Below, piece after piece: positions 37,252-48,234 of a stretch of 64,000 bases of DNA. Position 1 is the stretch's first letter. Each line of letters begins with the position of its first letter. The stretch lies in the IMG/VR virus record IMGVR_UViG_3300049595_005065. The stretch is one strand, 5' to 3'. The notes below the pieces were generated by a model. It was not told the origin of the DNA and did no database searches. It saw only the letters and a list, made by a program, of their open reading frames with translations. This stretch comes from a virus. Lineage: Duplodnaviria; Caudoviricetes. Both the position numbers and the translations under genes were made by a program.

Positions 37252-39141
37252 AACAGCAACTGGTTCAACAACATCAAGCATGTCACGCCGGGCGAGCCGG
37301 TCAACGCGGGCGTCGTCTCGCGGCCAGACCAGGCGCTCGTCAGCCGCACGAACTATCTCAAGGAACGGCTCGATGCTGCCGCCCTGAATAGCGCGCTGTT
37401 CGACACCGACGCCACGGTGGCCTCCGACGTCCTGCCCGGCCAGCCGGTCTTCTGGAACGCCCAGACCCAGCAGTACGAGAAGGCGCTGGCCGGTGCTGAG
37501 ATCGAGCCCAACACGCAAGTCCCGGTGACGATCCCGTCGAGCGACGTCCTGGGCATCTGTTATCGCAAGAAGTCCGCCACGCTGGCGGATATCGTGCTCC
37601 GCGGCATCGTGCAGCTGCCCGAGATCACCAACGCCGTTGCGGGCACGGTCACGCCGGGCCGCTACTACCTCTCCGCCACGGAGCCGGGCAAGCTCGTCAA
37701 GCAGAAGCCGCCCGTGTCGGTCAACGTCTGCTTTGTGCAGGGCGTCAAGGAAAACTGCGCCGAAGCGCCCTGGGTCGTCGTGATGCCGCAGGTCCGGGAC
37801 TTCCTCGAGGATCACATCCACTACCGCTTTGAGCTGACGGCCCTGCCTGCGGGCGAGCACGACGGCACGACGGCCGCCGAGGACGGCTTCCACACGATCA
37901 CCGACGCCGACGCGGAGCTGCCGGGCTGGCTTCCCGCCGACCACGCGGTTTTCGAGGGCCGCGCGCCGACCGGCGCTAAGTTTGGCTACAACTTCTCCCA
38001 GCACGAGGCGCTTTCGCTTGTCTGGCCGCCGCAGCCGCTGCAGGCGGTGGCCATGCTCTGGGACAAGGGCATTAACCGCGTTGGCGCCACGGAGATCCCG
38101 CTAGGCGCCGAGGGCCTGTGCGTCGTCAACAAGGACGGCATCTGGTGGATGAGCGACTGCTACGCCAACGTGCCGTGGCCTGCGGATCTCGACACGGCAG
38201 ATCCAGGTTCGGAAAGCTCGCTGCCCGAATGCCCGCTGCCCGAGAGCATGCGGGTCGTCATCGTCTACCTGCGGATGCTCTACGGCAATGACCGCAGCGT
38301 AGTGACCAGCCTCAAGCCCGCAGAGGGCAGCCCGATCACGGTGGTCAACTGCGACGGCCTCCCGGCGAACGCGGACAACGCGCTCACCGGCGACCTGGAG
38401 CTGGGACTGAACCTTGAGCTGCTGGACGATCCCACCGAGGTTAACGGCGGCCGGGTCTACAAGCAGATCACCGAGGACTTCAAGTTTCGCAAGGGCTGGA
38501 TCACCGAGGGCGTGCGCCTGGGCGGCGGCCCGCTGGTGATCAGCGGCACGCGCAGCCGTGTGCTCACTGCCGCCGAAAAGACCGCGCTGGAGCTGCCGTC
38601 CAACGACACGTCGCTGCTCCACCAGGGCCTGGTCACCATCGCCTACGAGGACCAGCTCGTTGAGCGCGAGATCTCCCCGCAAATCATTCGCCTGGCCGAC
38701 ACGGTCGAGCGGCTTTACAAGGACATCCCGTACCTGGGGTTCCCCGAGAACTACAACTCGCTGCTCCGCGTCCGGCTCAACGTGCCCAGTTCAAACCTGG
38801 GCGCGCAGCTGGAGATGAAAGTCCGGGTGCAGCTGTTCGGTCGCACGACCGGCCTACTGCCCGCCATGTCGATGACCTACCGGCGGATCACGCGGCCCAC
38901 GACCGCCGCAGTGCCGCTTCCAACGGCCGACGACGAGTACGAACTGGCGTTCAACGTTCCCGGCACATCGCTTGCCGTGGACACAGTGGTTGAGGTCGAG
39001 AGCGAGGCGTTCTGCGTCAAGGAGGGCGACACGATCCTTGTCACGCTGGCGCGCAGCGGCACCGCGGACAGCTACAACGCTGAAGTCGGCATGCTGCGCA
39101 TGACCGGAGTGGTGACTGTATCGTCCACATGCACGGAATAA
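37246..39141 (+). CDS. proximal tail fibre/baseplate protein
   Basis: 631 aa; RPDQALVSRTNYLKERL N-terminal motif typical of tail-fibre attachment; PGRYYLSATEPGKL. Confidence 0.55.
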   Translation: MSNSNWFNNIKHVTPGEPVNAGVVSRPDQALVSRTNYLKERLDAAALNSALFDTDATVASDVLPGQPVFWNAQTQQYEKALAGAEIEPNTQVPVTIPSSDVLGICYRKKSATLADIVLRGIVQLPEITNAVAGTVTPGRYYLSATEPGKLVKQKPPVSVNVCFVQGVKENCAEAPWVVVMPQVRDFLEDHIHYRFELTALPAGEHDGTTAAEDGFHTITDADAELPGWLPADHAVFEGRAPTGAKFGYNFSQHEALSLVWPPQPLQAVAMLWDKGINRVGATEIPLGAEGLCVVNKDGIWWMSDCYANVPWPADLDTADPGSESSLPECPLPESMRVVIVYLRMLYGNDRSVVTSLKPAEGSPITVVNCDGLPANADNALTGDLELGLNLELLDDPTEVNGGRVYKQITEDFKFRKGWITEGVRLGGGPLVISGTRSRVLTAAEKTALELPSNDTSLLHQGLVTIAYEDQLVEREISPQIIRLADTVERLYKDIPYLGFPENYNSLLRVRLNVPSSNLGAQLEMKVRVQLFGRTTGLLPAMSMTYRRITRPTTAAVPLPTADDEYELAFNVPGTSLAVDTVVEVESEAFCVKEGDTILVTLARSGTADSYNAEVGMLRMTGVVTVSSTCTE

Positions 39142-39144
39142 GCC

Positions 39145-40092
39145 ATGCCGATCGGGAACTGGAATCTACAGTGGCTTAACCACAACTCGCAGCGCTCCTA
39201 CCCGCTGACCGAGCGCGCTACCAAAACAGACGAACAGGGCACGATCCGGCTGCCCGACAGCTTCATCGTTGCACTCTACCTGCCGGTGCATGCGGGTCTG
39301 GGCCTGGAGCCCGGCAAGTTCTTCGTCAAGAGCGTGCTCATCGCGCCCACCGGGTACAACGTCACCATCGGCTACGACGACGGCGACGAGTACCCTGACG
39401 TCGCCGCGGCGAACATCGCCCGCAGCGCCTTCGCCCCGAACCGCTCTTTTGCGCTGCCCGGCGTCGACCAGTTCGTGGACTCACTGGGCGAAATCGTCAT
39501 TGGGCGCCTCGACGAGATCGACGCCCTGCCGCCTGGGCTGTACGCGTTCACGCCCGCCGCCGGAGAGCTGGAGACGGACGCCATCCGCCCGATGATCCGC
39601 GGCATTCCCCGGCTGCGGGTCGCCAACGGCTTCGAAATCAGCGAGGACATCTACGGTGACGTGACGCTGGTGGCGGGCGCCAACATGCGCATCACGGTGG
39701 AGAGCAGCGGGGGCTCCGACCCGCGGATCACCTTCAGCGCAATCAACGGCGAGAACCTGAACAAGAATTGCGAGTGCCAGACGCCGCGTACCGGAGAGTG
39801 CATCCGCTGCATCAACAACGTCTGCTCGGACGACGGCAACTTCACGTTCGACCCGGGCGACTGCGTTGAAATCGTGGGCACGCCCGGCGGCCTGCGCTTC
39901 AACGACCTCTGTGCCCAGCCCTGCTGCGGCTGCTCCGAGCTGGAGGCGCTGGCCACGGAAGTTGACCGCTTCAGCGACGGCGTGAACACACTTCAAAACT
40001 TCGTGACCCGGTTGAGTTCCGAGGTCACCCAGATGTCCCTGGTCGTACTGGGAAGCCGCCTTGGCGACACCGGTTGCAGCACCTGTAACTGA
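39145..40092 (+). CDS. fibre/baseplate paralog 1 (R.YP[LF] family)
   Basis: WLNHNSQRSYPL...LPDSFIV; Cys-rich C-terminus. Confidence 0.65.
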   Translation: MPIGNWNLQWLNHNSQRSYPLTERATKTDEQGTIRLPDSFIVALYLPVHAGLGLEPGKFFVKSVLIAPTGYNVTIGYDDGDEYPDVAAANIARSAFAPNRSFALPGVDQFVDSLGEIVIGRLDEIDALPPGLYAFTPAAGELETDAIRPMIRGIPRLRVANGFEISEDIYGDVTLVAGANMRITVESSGGSDPRITFSAINGENLNKNCECQTPRTGECIRCINNVCSDDGNFTFDPGDCVEIVGTPGGLRFNDLCAQPCCGCSELEALATEVDRFSDGVNTLQNFVTRLSSEVTQMSLVVLGSRLGDTGCSTCN

Positions 40093-40100
40093 GGGACGCC

Positions 40101-41657
40101 ATGAGCTGCGAAGACTTCACCATTACGCCATCAGGCCGAGCGGGCATCGGCGTCGTTCAGCCCCAGAGCGGCCTTGACTATCCGCTGGTCGCCCCGTCGG
40201 ATGACATTAGATATCTAATCGCCGACTTCTACCTGGCCTACGACGATCCGGGGTTTTACCAGCCCGCCACGCCGCTGCGGCAACACCCGCTTCGCATCAA
40301 GTGGCTGTACGGCGTGGGCTGCGAGGCGGCCGTCAAACCAGTCTGGGCGCCGACGCCTGTGCATGCCGCGGACATCCTGGTCGTCGACGCCAATAACGTG
40401 ACCGTCTTCAATTCGACGCAGCTGGTGTCTCCCGGCGGCGACCCGAACTACTTCGAGTTTTCACAGCGCTCCTGGGGCAACGACTACGAGATTTACCAGT
40501 GGATCGGCTCCAACGTTGTCTGCCGCCTGGTCGTTTACAAGACCTGGCCGCCCTCGGCGATCGCCGCGGCCGATGCGGCGGACTTCTCAGTTGACGAACT
40601 GGTCAAGAAGAACTGGCCCAGCCACCTGTCGCCGACCAGCGCCGTGCTCGACGAGCGGGCCGTCTACAAGATGCCGCGCCGCGTGCGCTCGCTCCGTGTT
40701 GCGCCCACAGCGAGCCAGGGCGCCATTCGGCGGGCTGGGGCGGTTCTGGCCGCCGGGAACAACATGGTCATCGCCGCTGCGGCCCCTGAACTGAGCGGCC
40801 TGCGACGCAACACCGAGATCACCTTCAGCGTCGAGCCGGGCGCTGGGACAGGCAAGTACGAGGACTGCCCGGAGGATCCGACCACCCCCATCTACCAGAT
40901 CAACGGCGTCACGCCGAACCAGTACGGTGACCTAGTGATCGCCGGGCCGAGCTGTCTCTTCGTGCGGCAGCCCACGGCCATCGAGGGCGACGGCGTCCGC
41001 CCGGTGCGCACCTCCGGCGCCGCGACGCTGGCGATCAATACCGACTGTCCGCCCTGCTGCGACTGTTCAGACTACGTCGCCGTGGCGGAGTACATGACGC
41101 GCGTGGGCAATCAGTACGTGCGCATCGGCGAGCGAAGTCACGAAACCAAGCTGCTCCACGAAAGCAACATCGACCGCTGGGCGGAGCAGCGCGAGTGCCG
41201 CCTTTCGCGACCGCTGCGCGTCCTGATGACGCCGCAGAACTGTCCCTTTATGGACGTCGTGATCATGTTCTGCAACCAGTGCCAGACATGCGCCGAAGAC
41301 GTCAAACTGACCGTCCAGCTCAGCAGCTTTCCGGCGGTTAGCTCCGCCGAGATTGTGTGCGGGTACACGTTCCTCTACGCGCCAGGCTACCCCGGCGTGG
41401 AGTTCACGCTCCAGGGGACGTATCCGACCTTTGAAGCCCAGCTGCCCAAAGTCGACGTGGGCAACTCAGCGTACGTCAAGTTTCGCCTGCGCTTCTTACC
41501 AAAGACGTTCCCGTACACCATTACGGCAACGTTAACTGGTACAAACGAAGATCTTCCCATCCGCGCCGGGTGCGAGGTCGATAAACCTGTTGCCAGCGCA
41601 ACGACTGCGGCTTCGTTAAACTGCGACGCAAGCGGCGGCACGATCCAGAGCTGTTAA
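40101..41657 (+). CDS. fibre/baseplate paralog 2
   Basis: SGLDYPL...YLIADFYL; IYQINGVTPNQYGDL. Confidence 0.65.
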   Translation: MSCEDFTITPSGRAGIGVVQPQSGLDYPLVAPSDDIRYLIADFYLAYDDPGFYQPATPLRQHPLRIKWLYGVGCEAAVKPVWAPTPVHAADILVVDANNVTVFNSTQLVSPGGDPNYFEFSQRSWGNDYEIYQWIGSNVVCRLVVYKTWPPSAIAAADAADFSVDELVKKNWPSHLSPTSAVLDERAVYKMPRRVRSLRVAPTASQGAIRRAGAVLAAGNNMVIAAAAPELSGLRRNTEITFSVEPGAGTGKYEDCPEDPTTPIYQINGVTPNQYGDLVIAGPSCLFVRQPTAIEGDGVRPVRTSGAATLAINTDCPPCCDCSDYVAVAEYMTRVGNQYVRIGERSHETKLLHESNIDRWAEQRECRLSRPLRVLMTPQNCPFMDVVIMFCNQCQTCAEDVKLTVQLSSFPAVSSAEIVCGYTFLYAPGYPGVEFTLQGTYPTFEAQLPKVDVGNSAYVKFRLRFLPKTFPYTITATLTGTNEDLPIRAGCEVDKPVASATTAASLNCDASGGTIQSC

Positions 41658-41660
41658 ATC

Positions 41661-43232
41661 ATGGCTGTTCGTAATCAAAACTGGTACGACCTGCAGGCTA
41701 CCCGGCGCTACCCGCTGGATGAGCGCAGCACCGGTCTGGACGACAACGGCCAGGTGATTCTCGACAGCATCCTGGTCGACTGCCACATCCGCTTTCCGGC
41801 GACGCTCGGCACCTACCTGTACGTGCAAGGGATCACTGTGGCCCCCGCGCTGGTGTCGCTTGTCTTCGGCGTCGCCAGCGCGCTGGATGACTCGAGCGGC
41901 ACGACCATTGCCGCCGTGACGCTGCCTCGCACAGCGCCGCAGAACGTGAATCACGAGATCACGCCGCTGCAGCCGGGCGTCGCGGGCTGGGTGGCGCTCG
42001 GTCCCGGGCTAGCCGAGGAGTTCGTGGGGCGGTACACCGCGCCGCTGCAGACGGTCATCTCGCAGCGGTGCGCCCGACCCTACCGGCCGCTGCCTGTTCC
42101 GAGCATGGGCAAGATCGGCTTGGCTGCCAGCCTGGAGGGCATCGTCAACATCACCGCCGCGGCCCCTGTGACGGCGCGGCACGAGAAGCTGACGATCAAC
42201 GACGAACAGGTCGACGCGATCGTCCTGCGCCTGGACGGCGAGCTGCCGGGCACAAACAACCCGCTGCAGTTCTTTCTTGGTCCGTGCGCTGAGCGGCCCG
42301 AGAGCGGCACCTGCCCGCGGCCACCCATCGAGACAATTAACGGCATGAGCCCCGACTGCGACGGCAACATCACGTTCATTGTCGAGGGTTTCGACGCGCT
42401 TTCCTACAACAACTGCGGGGGCGTGGACATTATCTCGAACACGGGCCTGGCGGAAACGTGCGACGCGCTGCGCGATCCGCGACGACGGCGGCCCGTCGAC
42501 GAATGCAACAGCAGCGAAAGCCTCGATGAAGATTACTGGTACAACCCGCTCGACCAGATTCCGCCGGACGTCGTGATCGACGAGGACCTGGAAGAGACCG
42601 CGTTCACCAACACGTGCGTCACCACGCCACTGTGCGTCGATTTCAGCGGCGGCACCGCGTCAAACTTCGTCGTGCGCGACGGTTTGTTCGTCTTTCAGTC
42701 GTTGCTTGCGCCGCCCATCTGCGGCAGCTCCGAAGAATTGTTTGACGAGCACTACGTCTACACCGCCGCTGATTTCGTGGGGCGGAACATCGCGCTGTTC
42801 CGAAACTGCTCCTCAAACTGGATCTTTAACAAAACCATTCGAACGCAGCTTGCGTTCACCAGCAGCGGACTGCGTCGCAATGGCGGCCTGCTGCTGAACT
42901 ATGTGCGCGGCAGCACGACGACATATCTGCTGGCCATGATCGACAACAATCTAAACAAGTTGCGGCTGCTGCGGTTCAACGGCACCGCGTTCATCGAGGA
43001 GTACAGCGCTAACTTTCAAACTTTTCCGGGCACCTGGTATGAGCTTGCTGTGTCGCCAACGCAGTCAGGCAGCAACCTTGTGCTCGCCGTCACGGCCAGC
43101 GCGCCCAACGGCGCCGTGTCGCCGGTCTCCTTCACGGTCACCCTTTCCAACTACGGAAACCCGCTCGGACTGGCAGGGCTGTACAGCGACCGCTCGTACA
43201 CCTACTTCAACAAGTTTTTGATCGAGGGCTGA
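41661..43232 (+). CDS. fibre/baseplate paralog 3 with a C-terminal beta-sandwich-like domain
   Basis: WYDLQATRRYPL...ILVDCHI; IETINGMSPDCDGNI. Confidence 0.65.
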   Translation: MAVRNQNWYDLQATRRYPLDERSTGLDDNGQVILDSILVDCHIRFPATLGTYLYVQGITVAPALVSLVFGVASALDDSSGTTIAAVTLPRTAPQNVNHEITPLQPGVAGWVALGPGLAEEFVGRYTAPLQTVISQRCARPYRPLPVPSMGKIGLAASLEGIVNITAAAPVTARHEKLTINDEQVDAIVLRLDGELPGTNNPLQFFLGPCAERPESGTCPRPPIETINGMSPDCDGNITFIVEGFDALSYNNCGGVDIISNTGLAETCDALRDPRRRRPVDECNSSESLDEDYWYNPLDQIPPDVVIDEDLEETAFTNTCVTTPLCVDFSGGTASNFVVRDGLFVFQSLLAPPICGSSEELFDEHYVYTAADFVGRNIALFRNCSSNWIFNKTIRTQLAFTSSGLRRNGGLLLNYVRGSTTTYLLAMIDNNLNKLRLLRFNGTAFIEEYSANFQTFPGTWYELAVSPTQSGSNLVLAVTASAPNGAVSPVSFTVTLSNYGNPLGLAGLYSDRSYTYFNKFLIEG

Positions 43233-43235
43233 GCG

Positions 43236-44018
43236 ATGTCCGACGCGCGTATTCTTTATCCGCAGTTTCGCGACGAGCAAGCTGACTCGCGCTACCCCTT
43301 CGCGGACCGGGCGACGCTTGCATCGTCAACGGCGGGCCTGGAGATTGGCCGGGACACCTTCATCGACGCCAGCATCTACACGATCAATGGCGACCGGCAG
43401 GCTTACATCTCGGCCATCGTCGTGACGCCACAGTTGATCACAATCTACCTCGGTGACGTGGGCGACCCGCGCCGCGCCAGCGCGGAGTTTAACCCGTTGG
43501 CCGCCCCGGCCGACGGCGTGCTCAACGTGTTTGATATCTATGGCCGCCCCGCGGGCATGCTCCTGTCGACGCCGCTGGCTCTGGCTCGATTTTCCGGCTG
43601 GCCCACAGGGACGCACACGTTTCTACCAGCGGCCGCGGAATTCGTCTCTTCCGTGGTCATTCCCGCGCGCGAACCGGGCGTCCGCGGCCTGGTGGCCGAC
43701 GACGCGGCGCTCCTCACGGGAGACGTCTGGATCGTAGGTGGCCGCGGCGTCGTTGTGCGAAAAGAAGACGAGGAAATCATTCGCGTCGACATCATCGGCG
43801 AACCGCTGTTCAACCGCTATCTCTGCGACCCTGTGCAGCGTTTTGCGCCCAAGACGTTCCTGCAATCGATCACCGTAAACCGGGTCACGTGCGGCCCCAA
43901 CGAATACGGCGGCTTTAACATCACCGCGACCGATCACGGCGCAAGCGATTCCGTCCTGCGAATCTACCCGCAAGACGGAAACATTAAAATAGACACGATC
44001 GGCCGAAAGGTGGTGTGA
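43236..44018 (+). CDS. fibre/baseplate paralog 4
   Basis: DEQADSRYPF...FIDASI; LQSITVN..CGPNEYGGF. Confidence 0.65.
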   Translation: MSDARILYPQFRDEQADSRYPFADRATLASSTAGLEIGRDTFIDASIYTINGDRQAYISAIVVTPQLITIYLGDVGDPRRASAEFNPLAAPADGVLNVFDIYGRPAGMLLSTPLALARFSGWPTGTHTFLPAAAEFVSSVVIPAREPGVRGLVADDAALLTGDVWIVGGRGVVVRKEDEEIIRVDIIGEPLFNRYLCDPVQRFAPKTFLQSITVNRVTCGPNEYGGFNITATDHGASDSVLRIYPQDGNIKIDTIGRKVV

Positions 44019-44019
44019 G

Positions 44020-44973
44020 ATGCCCCGTCCAGGTTTCTACAACGACAACGAATACCGCGCCTACCCTTTCGTTTTTCGGACGAGCTATCCGGGGCCTGCG
44101 CTGCCGGACGCCGCGATCGTAGACGCCGGGCTGATCATGGGCCTGGACAGCGGCTACAACCCCGCCGAGCACAGCGTCTGGCTGTCCTCGATCTCCAGGG
44201 CGGGCGGCGTGCTGACGTTCACCTTTGCGTCCGACGCGCCCGGCGCAGCGACTCAAAACCTCTCGTTCGTGTGCAGCACCGCCGCGGAGGAGTGGCTGTC
44301 TGTGTTCGGCGAATCGGGCGTGATCGCCGGTGTTCCCAGCGCGTGCGACCCGGCGCCCATTTGGGAAGGTTTTCTCGTGGTCGGCGCGCTGGCGACGCTG
44401 CTGGAGCAGATCGCAGACAACTCAACGGTCACGTACCCCAGCCAGGCGCGCGTCCTCGAGCCGGGTCGCGTGCAGAGCCTGCTGAAGGGCTACCTGCGCA
44501 GCGTCAACGTGGGAAACTTCACGCGCGTCCGTGCGCTGCCCGCGCCAGAGTGCGACGACAGCTCGACCGCGGTCGACGAAAATGAAGTCGTCGTGAATGC
44601 CACGTGCATGCAGGGAAACATCCGTGTCAAGGAAGGCTACCACTGCCGCATTCGGCAGATCGAGCGAACCAACGAGATCAACATCTCCGCGGATCGCACC
44701 GCGGGTGACACCGAATTTAGCCCGCTGTGCGAGCACGGTGGAGACCTGCCCCTTTACGATGACGAACCGTTTGACGCAGCCACTGGTTTCTATGGCGGCG
44801 GCCCGGCGTGCAACCAGGTAATTTCTGCCATCAACGGCATCGGCGGCCCCAACGTTTCGCTGATTGCGGGGACGGGCGTAACAATCACCACCAACCCCAC
44901 GGATAAGACCATTACCATCGCGCTTGCGCAGAACAACCTCGTGGGTGGTTGCGGGACGGAGGCTGGGACGTGA
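44020..44973 (+). CDS. fibre/baseplate paralog 5
   Basis: [11 protein letters not shown]...AIVDAGL; [12 protein letters not shown]. Confidence 0.65.
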   Translation: MPRPGFYNDNEYRAYPFVFRTSYPGPALPDAAIVDAGLIMGLDSGYNPAEHSVWLSSISRAGGVLTFTFASDAPGAATQNLSFVCSTAAEEWLSVFGESGVIAGVPSACDPAPIWEGFLVVGALATLLEQIADNSTVTYPSQARVLEPGRVQSLLKGYLRSVNVGNFTRVRALPAPECDDSSTAVDENEVVVNATCMQGNIRVKEGYHCRIRQIERTNEINISADRTAGDTEFSPLCEHGGDLPLYDDEPFDAATGFYGGGPACNQVISAINGIGGPNVSLIAGTGVTITTNPTDKTITIALAQNNLVGGCGTEAGT

Positions 44974-47534
44974 TGACCGGACCTGTCGATCCCATTTTCG
45001 ATCCGAACAAGTGCGGTTTGGGCCCGGTCCCCAAGCCTCCGGTGCAGTTCGTCATCGATTGCAACATCGATGAGCCGCCGCCGCCGATCTTCGACTGCGA
45101 ACCGCCGAGCATTCCGCGCGAGCCGCCACCGCCGCCGTGCCCCGAGTTCACCGGCGAGGTCACGGTCACCGCCGCGCCGCAAACCTGCTCCGGACCCAGC
45201 GAGCCTTCCGGCGCTCTGCTGATCACCAAGGTAGACAACGACCCGTGCCGCTTTTCGATTGACCTAGACCTGGACATTCCAATTCCGCCCGCGCCGTGCC
45301 CTGAAATCAAAGAGGGCGAGGTTACGGTCAACGTTGGTTACGCCGGAACAGGTGCTGGGTGCGTTTCTGAGGCTACCGGCGCCATTATTATCACGCCGCT
45401 TCCCGAAACTGATCCGTGCAGCGACAGCGATGAACCAAGGTGCCAATTCCAGATCGATCTGAACCTGGACATTCCGATCCCCCAGCCGGTGTGCCCCGAG
45501 ATTAACGAAGGCACGGTCAGCGTCAACGTTGGCTACAGCGACTGCGTGTCCGGCGCCAGCGGCGGGTTCACGATCACCAAGAACGAGATTGAAGGAGACT
45601 GCAACACTCCGCCGACCTGCTCGTTCACGATCGACCTGGATTTGGACATCCCAATCCCCAAGCCGGTGTGCCCCGAGATTAACGAAGGCACGGTCAGCGT
45701 CAACGTTGGCTACAGCGACTGCGTGTCCGGCGCCAGCGGCGGTTTCACAATTACCAAGAATGAGACCCCCGGAGATTGCGACACTCCACCGACCTGCTCG
45801 TTCACGATCGACCTGGATTTGGACATCCCAATCCCCAAGCCGGTGTGTCCAGAAATCAACGAAGGAACGGTCAGCGTCAACGTTGGCTACAGCGATTGCA
45901 TCTCGGGCGCTAGCGGCGGGTTCACGATTACCAAGAATGAAACCCCTGGAGATTGCGACACCCCGCCAACCTGCGATTTCACAATCGACCTAAACCTGGA
46001 CATCCCGATCCCCAAACCGGTGTGTCCGGAGATTAACGAAGGCGCGGTTAACGTTAACGTCGGCTACAGCGATTGCGTGTCGCAGGCAAGCGGTGGTTTC
46101 ACGATCACCAAGACGGAAACGCCGGGTGACTGCGATACGCCGCCGACCTGCTCGTTCACGATCGACCTCAACCTGGACATCCCGATTCCCAAGCCGGTTT
46201 GTCCCACGTTCAAGGAAGGTGCCGTCAGCGTAAACGTCGGCTACGACGACTGCGTGCCGCAGGCAAGCGGTGCGTTTACGATCAGTAAAACCGAAACAAG
46301 CGGCGACTGCGACACTCCACCCACGTGCGAGTTCACGATCGACCTTGACCTGGACATCCCGATTCCCAAGCCGGTTTGCCCGACATTTTCCGCATCGGGC
46401 ACCATTGCTTTTGGCGCGCCATCCATCTCCGTCAACGGAAACGTCAACTCAACGCCTGGCGACTGCGACACGCCGCCGACGTGCGACATCACGCTGGGCG
46501 TGGATGTTGTTGTTCCCAACCCCGCGTGCCCCGTCATCAGCGGCGCGATCAGCGTTTACGAAGCAGAAGAACCTACCGGCACGGTTACCGTTACCAAGAA
46601 CGAAGGTCCCAGCGGCGCGTGCGAATTCAACATTGAAATTGATATTGGGGTGCCCAAACCAAAGTGTCCCGAGATCAGCGGTTCAATCAGCGTTTATGAA
46701 ACGGAAGAAGAGCCAACTGGCACTTTTTCTGTTACTAGCGGTGAAACAGCGAGCGGCATTTGCGAATTCAACATTGAGATCGCCATCGGGGTACCCAAGC
46801 CGTCGGGCGTCACGGGCCCCACCGGCCCCAGTGGCCCGAGCGGGCCTAGCGGTCCTTCTGGACCTAGCGGCGCAAGCGGGCCGAGCGGCCCTTCCGGACC
46901 CAGCGGCCCTAGCGGTGTCGGTGGTGCTACAGGTCCAAGTGGACCTAGCGGACCCAGTGGTCCGAGCGGCCCTCAAGGTCCGAGCGGCGTGGATGGCATC
47001 CCAGGCGCTACAGGTCCAAGTGGACCTAGCGGCCCTCAAGGTCCGAGTGGCGTGGATGGCATCCCAGGCGCTACAGGTCCAAGTGGACCTAGCGGCCCTC
47101 AAGGTCCAAGCGGCCCAGAAGGCCCTAGCGGCCCCAAGGGCGACCCCGGCGAACCAGGACCGTCTGGCCCTGGCGGCCCCAGTGGCCCGCAAGGCCCCAG
47201 CGGCCCAGCAGGTCCAAGTGGACCAAAGGGCGACAAGGGAGACACAGGCGACCCCGGGCTGCCCGGACCTAGCGGTCCCAAGGGCGACAAGGGAGACACC
47301 GGCCCCAGCGGCCCGAAGGGCGACAAGGGCGACCAGGGCGACCCAGGCGCGCCTGGTTCGTCTATTGTGGGCCCACCCGGGCCGCCAGGGCCGCCTGGGC
47401 CGAGCGGGCCGAAGGGCGACAAGGGCGACCCGGGCGACGACTGCGTCAAGGTCCCGGTGACCGTGCTGACTGGCATGTCGTGTTCCGGCGGAAACTTGAT
47501 TGCAGACACGACGACCATCGAGGTGTGCGAGTAA
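44973..47534 (+). CDS. fibre protein with 59-aa Cys-containing tandem repeats and a collagen-like (Gly-Pro-Ser) domain
   Basis: TGATG-coupled; repeat [22 protein letters not shown]...[10 protein letters not shown]; G-X-Y run from about 46806 to 47433. Confidence 0.8.
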   Translation: MTGPVDPIFDPNKCGLGPVPKPPVQFVIDCNIDEPPPPIFDCEPPSIPREPPPPPCPEFTGEVTVTAAPQTCSGPSEPSGALLITKVDNDPCRFSIDLDLDIPIPPAPCPEIKEGEVTVNVGYAGTGAGCVSEATGAIIITPLPETDPCSDSDEPRCQFQIDLNLDIPIPQPVCPEINEGTVSVNVGYSDCVSGASGGFTITKNEIEGDCNTPPTCSFTIDLDLDIPIPKPVCPEINEGTVSVNVGYSDCVSGASGGFTITKNETPGDCDTPPTCSFTIDLDLDIPIPKPVCPEINEGTVSVNVGYSDCISGASGGFTITKNETPGDCDTPPTCDFTIDLNLDIPIPKPVCPEINEGAVNVNVGYSDCVSQASGGFTITKTETPGDCDTPPTCSFTIDLNLDIPIPKPVCPTFKEGAVSVNVGYDDCVPQASGAFTISKTETSGDCDTPPTCEFTIDLDLDIPIPKPVCPTFSASGTIAFGAPSISVNGNVNSTPGDCDTPPTCDITLGVDVVVPNPACPVISGAISVYEAEEPTGTVTVTKNEGPSGACEFNIEIDIGVPKPKCPEISGSISVYETEEEPTGTFSVTSGETASGICEFNIEIAIGVPKPSGVTGPTGPSGPSGPSGPSGPSGASGPSGPSGPSGPSGVGGATGPSGPSGPSGPSGPQGPSGVDGIPGATGPSGPSGPQGPSGVDGIPGATGPSGPSGPQGPSGPEGPSGPKGDPGEPGPSGPGGPSGPQGPSGPAGPSGPKGDKGDTGDPGLPGPSGPKGDKGDTGPSGPKGDKGDQGDPGAPGSSIVGPPGPPGPPGPSGPKGDKGDPGDDCVKVPVTVLTGMSCSGGNLIADTTTIEVCE
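45479..46380 (+). repeat. 177-bp (59-aa) coding tandem repeat, five full copies plus degenerate flanking units
   Basis: Equivalent anchor positions at 45485, 45662, 45839, 46016, 46193 and 46370. Confidence 0.9.
46965..47107 (+). repeat. 63-bp near-identical direct repeat within the collagen domain
   Basis: AGCGGCCCTCAAGGTCC starts at 46965, 47028 and 47091. Confidence 0.85.
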
Positions 47535-47535
47535 C

Positions 47536-48231
47536 ATGCCTACGATCGATCTGGGCCCGTGCGGCTGCTGTTCGTCGTCGAGTAGTGCGCAGCAAGGCTG
47601 GGCGTGCATACTGGGCTGGGTTTGCGAGTCCTCGAGTAGCAGTAGTAGTAGCGCCAGCGGGTGTACAACTGACGCTGATTGTAAGTTTTGCCCGGCAAGC
47701 TACACCTATATTGAAGAGGCAAACACATGCTGCCCGCCAGGAACAGAGTGGGGCCCCTGGCCGCCAGACAATCCGAGCAATCCGCCCGCGTGCTACGGGC
47801 CCGGCGCGGTTACCTTCGGCGTTTCGCCGACAAATGGTTATTGCTGCAACGGTATTTGCAAAAATCCAGCGACTGATCTTGTTGGTTGCCAACCTGACAC
47901 AAGTCAACCGTGTTACGAGGCAACGTACGAAGATTGCGAGAGATCTGGAAACTCACCAACCATTTACCCGTGCGGTTGTCCCATTCCGTGTATTGATGGC
48001 GTCCTAGAGTGCCCAGAGGGTAATTGTCCGTGCGAAAATTATGTTTGCTGCCCGGACGGCTTTAACTGCGCAGCAACACTTGCCGAGTGCCCAGGTGTTG
48101 CGCCATTTACGGCACAAGTTGAGCAACAGCAACAGCTCACACATACACAAAATCCTCGTGTGCTCCCACTGCGCAAGGCGCCAGTGGTAAACTTGCCGAC
48201 AGACCGAACCGTCTACATTTGCAACGATTGA
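47536..48231 (+). CDS. Cys-rich, Ser-linker protein (probable fibre tip component)
   Basis: [17 protein letters not shown]...; many Cys; lower GC than flanking genes. Confidence 0.65.
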   Translation: MPTIDLGPCGCCSSSSSAQQGWACILGWVCESSSSSSSSASGCTTDADCKFCPASYTYIEEANTCCPPGTEWGPWPPDNPSNPPACYGPGAVTFGVSPTNGYCCNGICKNPATDLVGCQPDTSQPCYEATYEDCERSGNSPTIYPCGCPIPCIDGVLECPEGNCPCENYVCCPDGFNCAATLAECPGVAPFTAQVEQQQQLTHTQNPRVLPLRKAPVVNLPTDRTVYICND

Positions 48232-48234
48232 TTT

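Noticed and set aside
45479-46380. 177-bp repeats as a CRISPR array or DGR template/variable repeat
   Set aside because: They are in-frame coding repeats with no spacers, their differences are mostly synonymous and not adenine-specific, and no reverse transcriptase is in the window.
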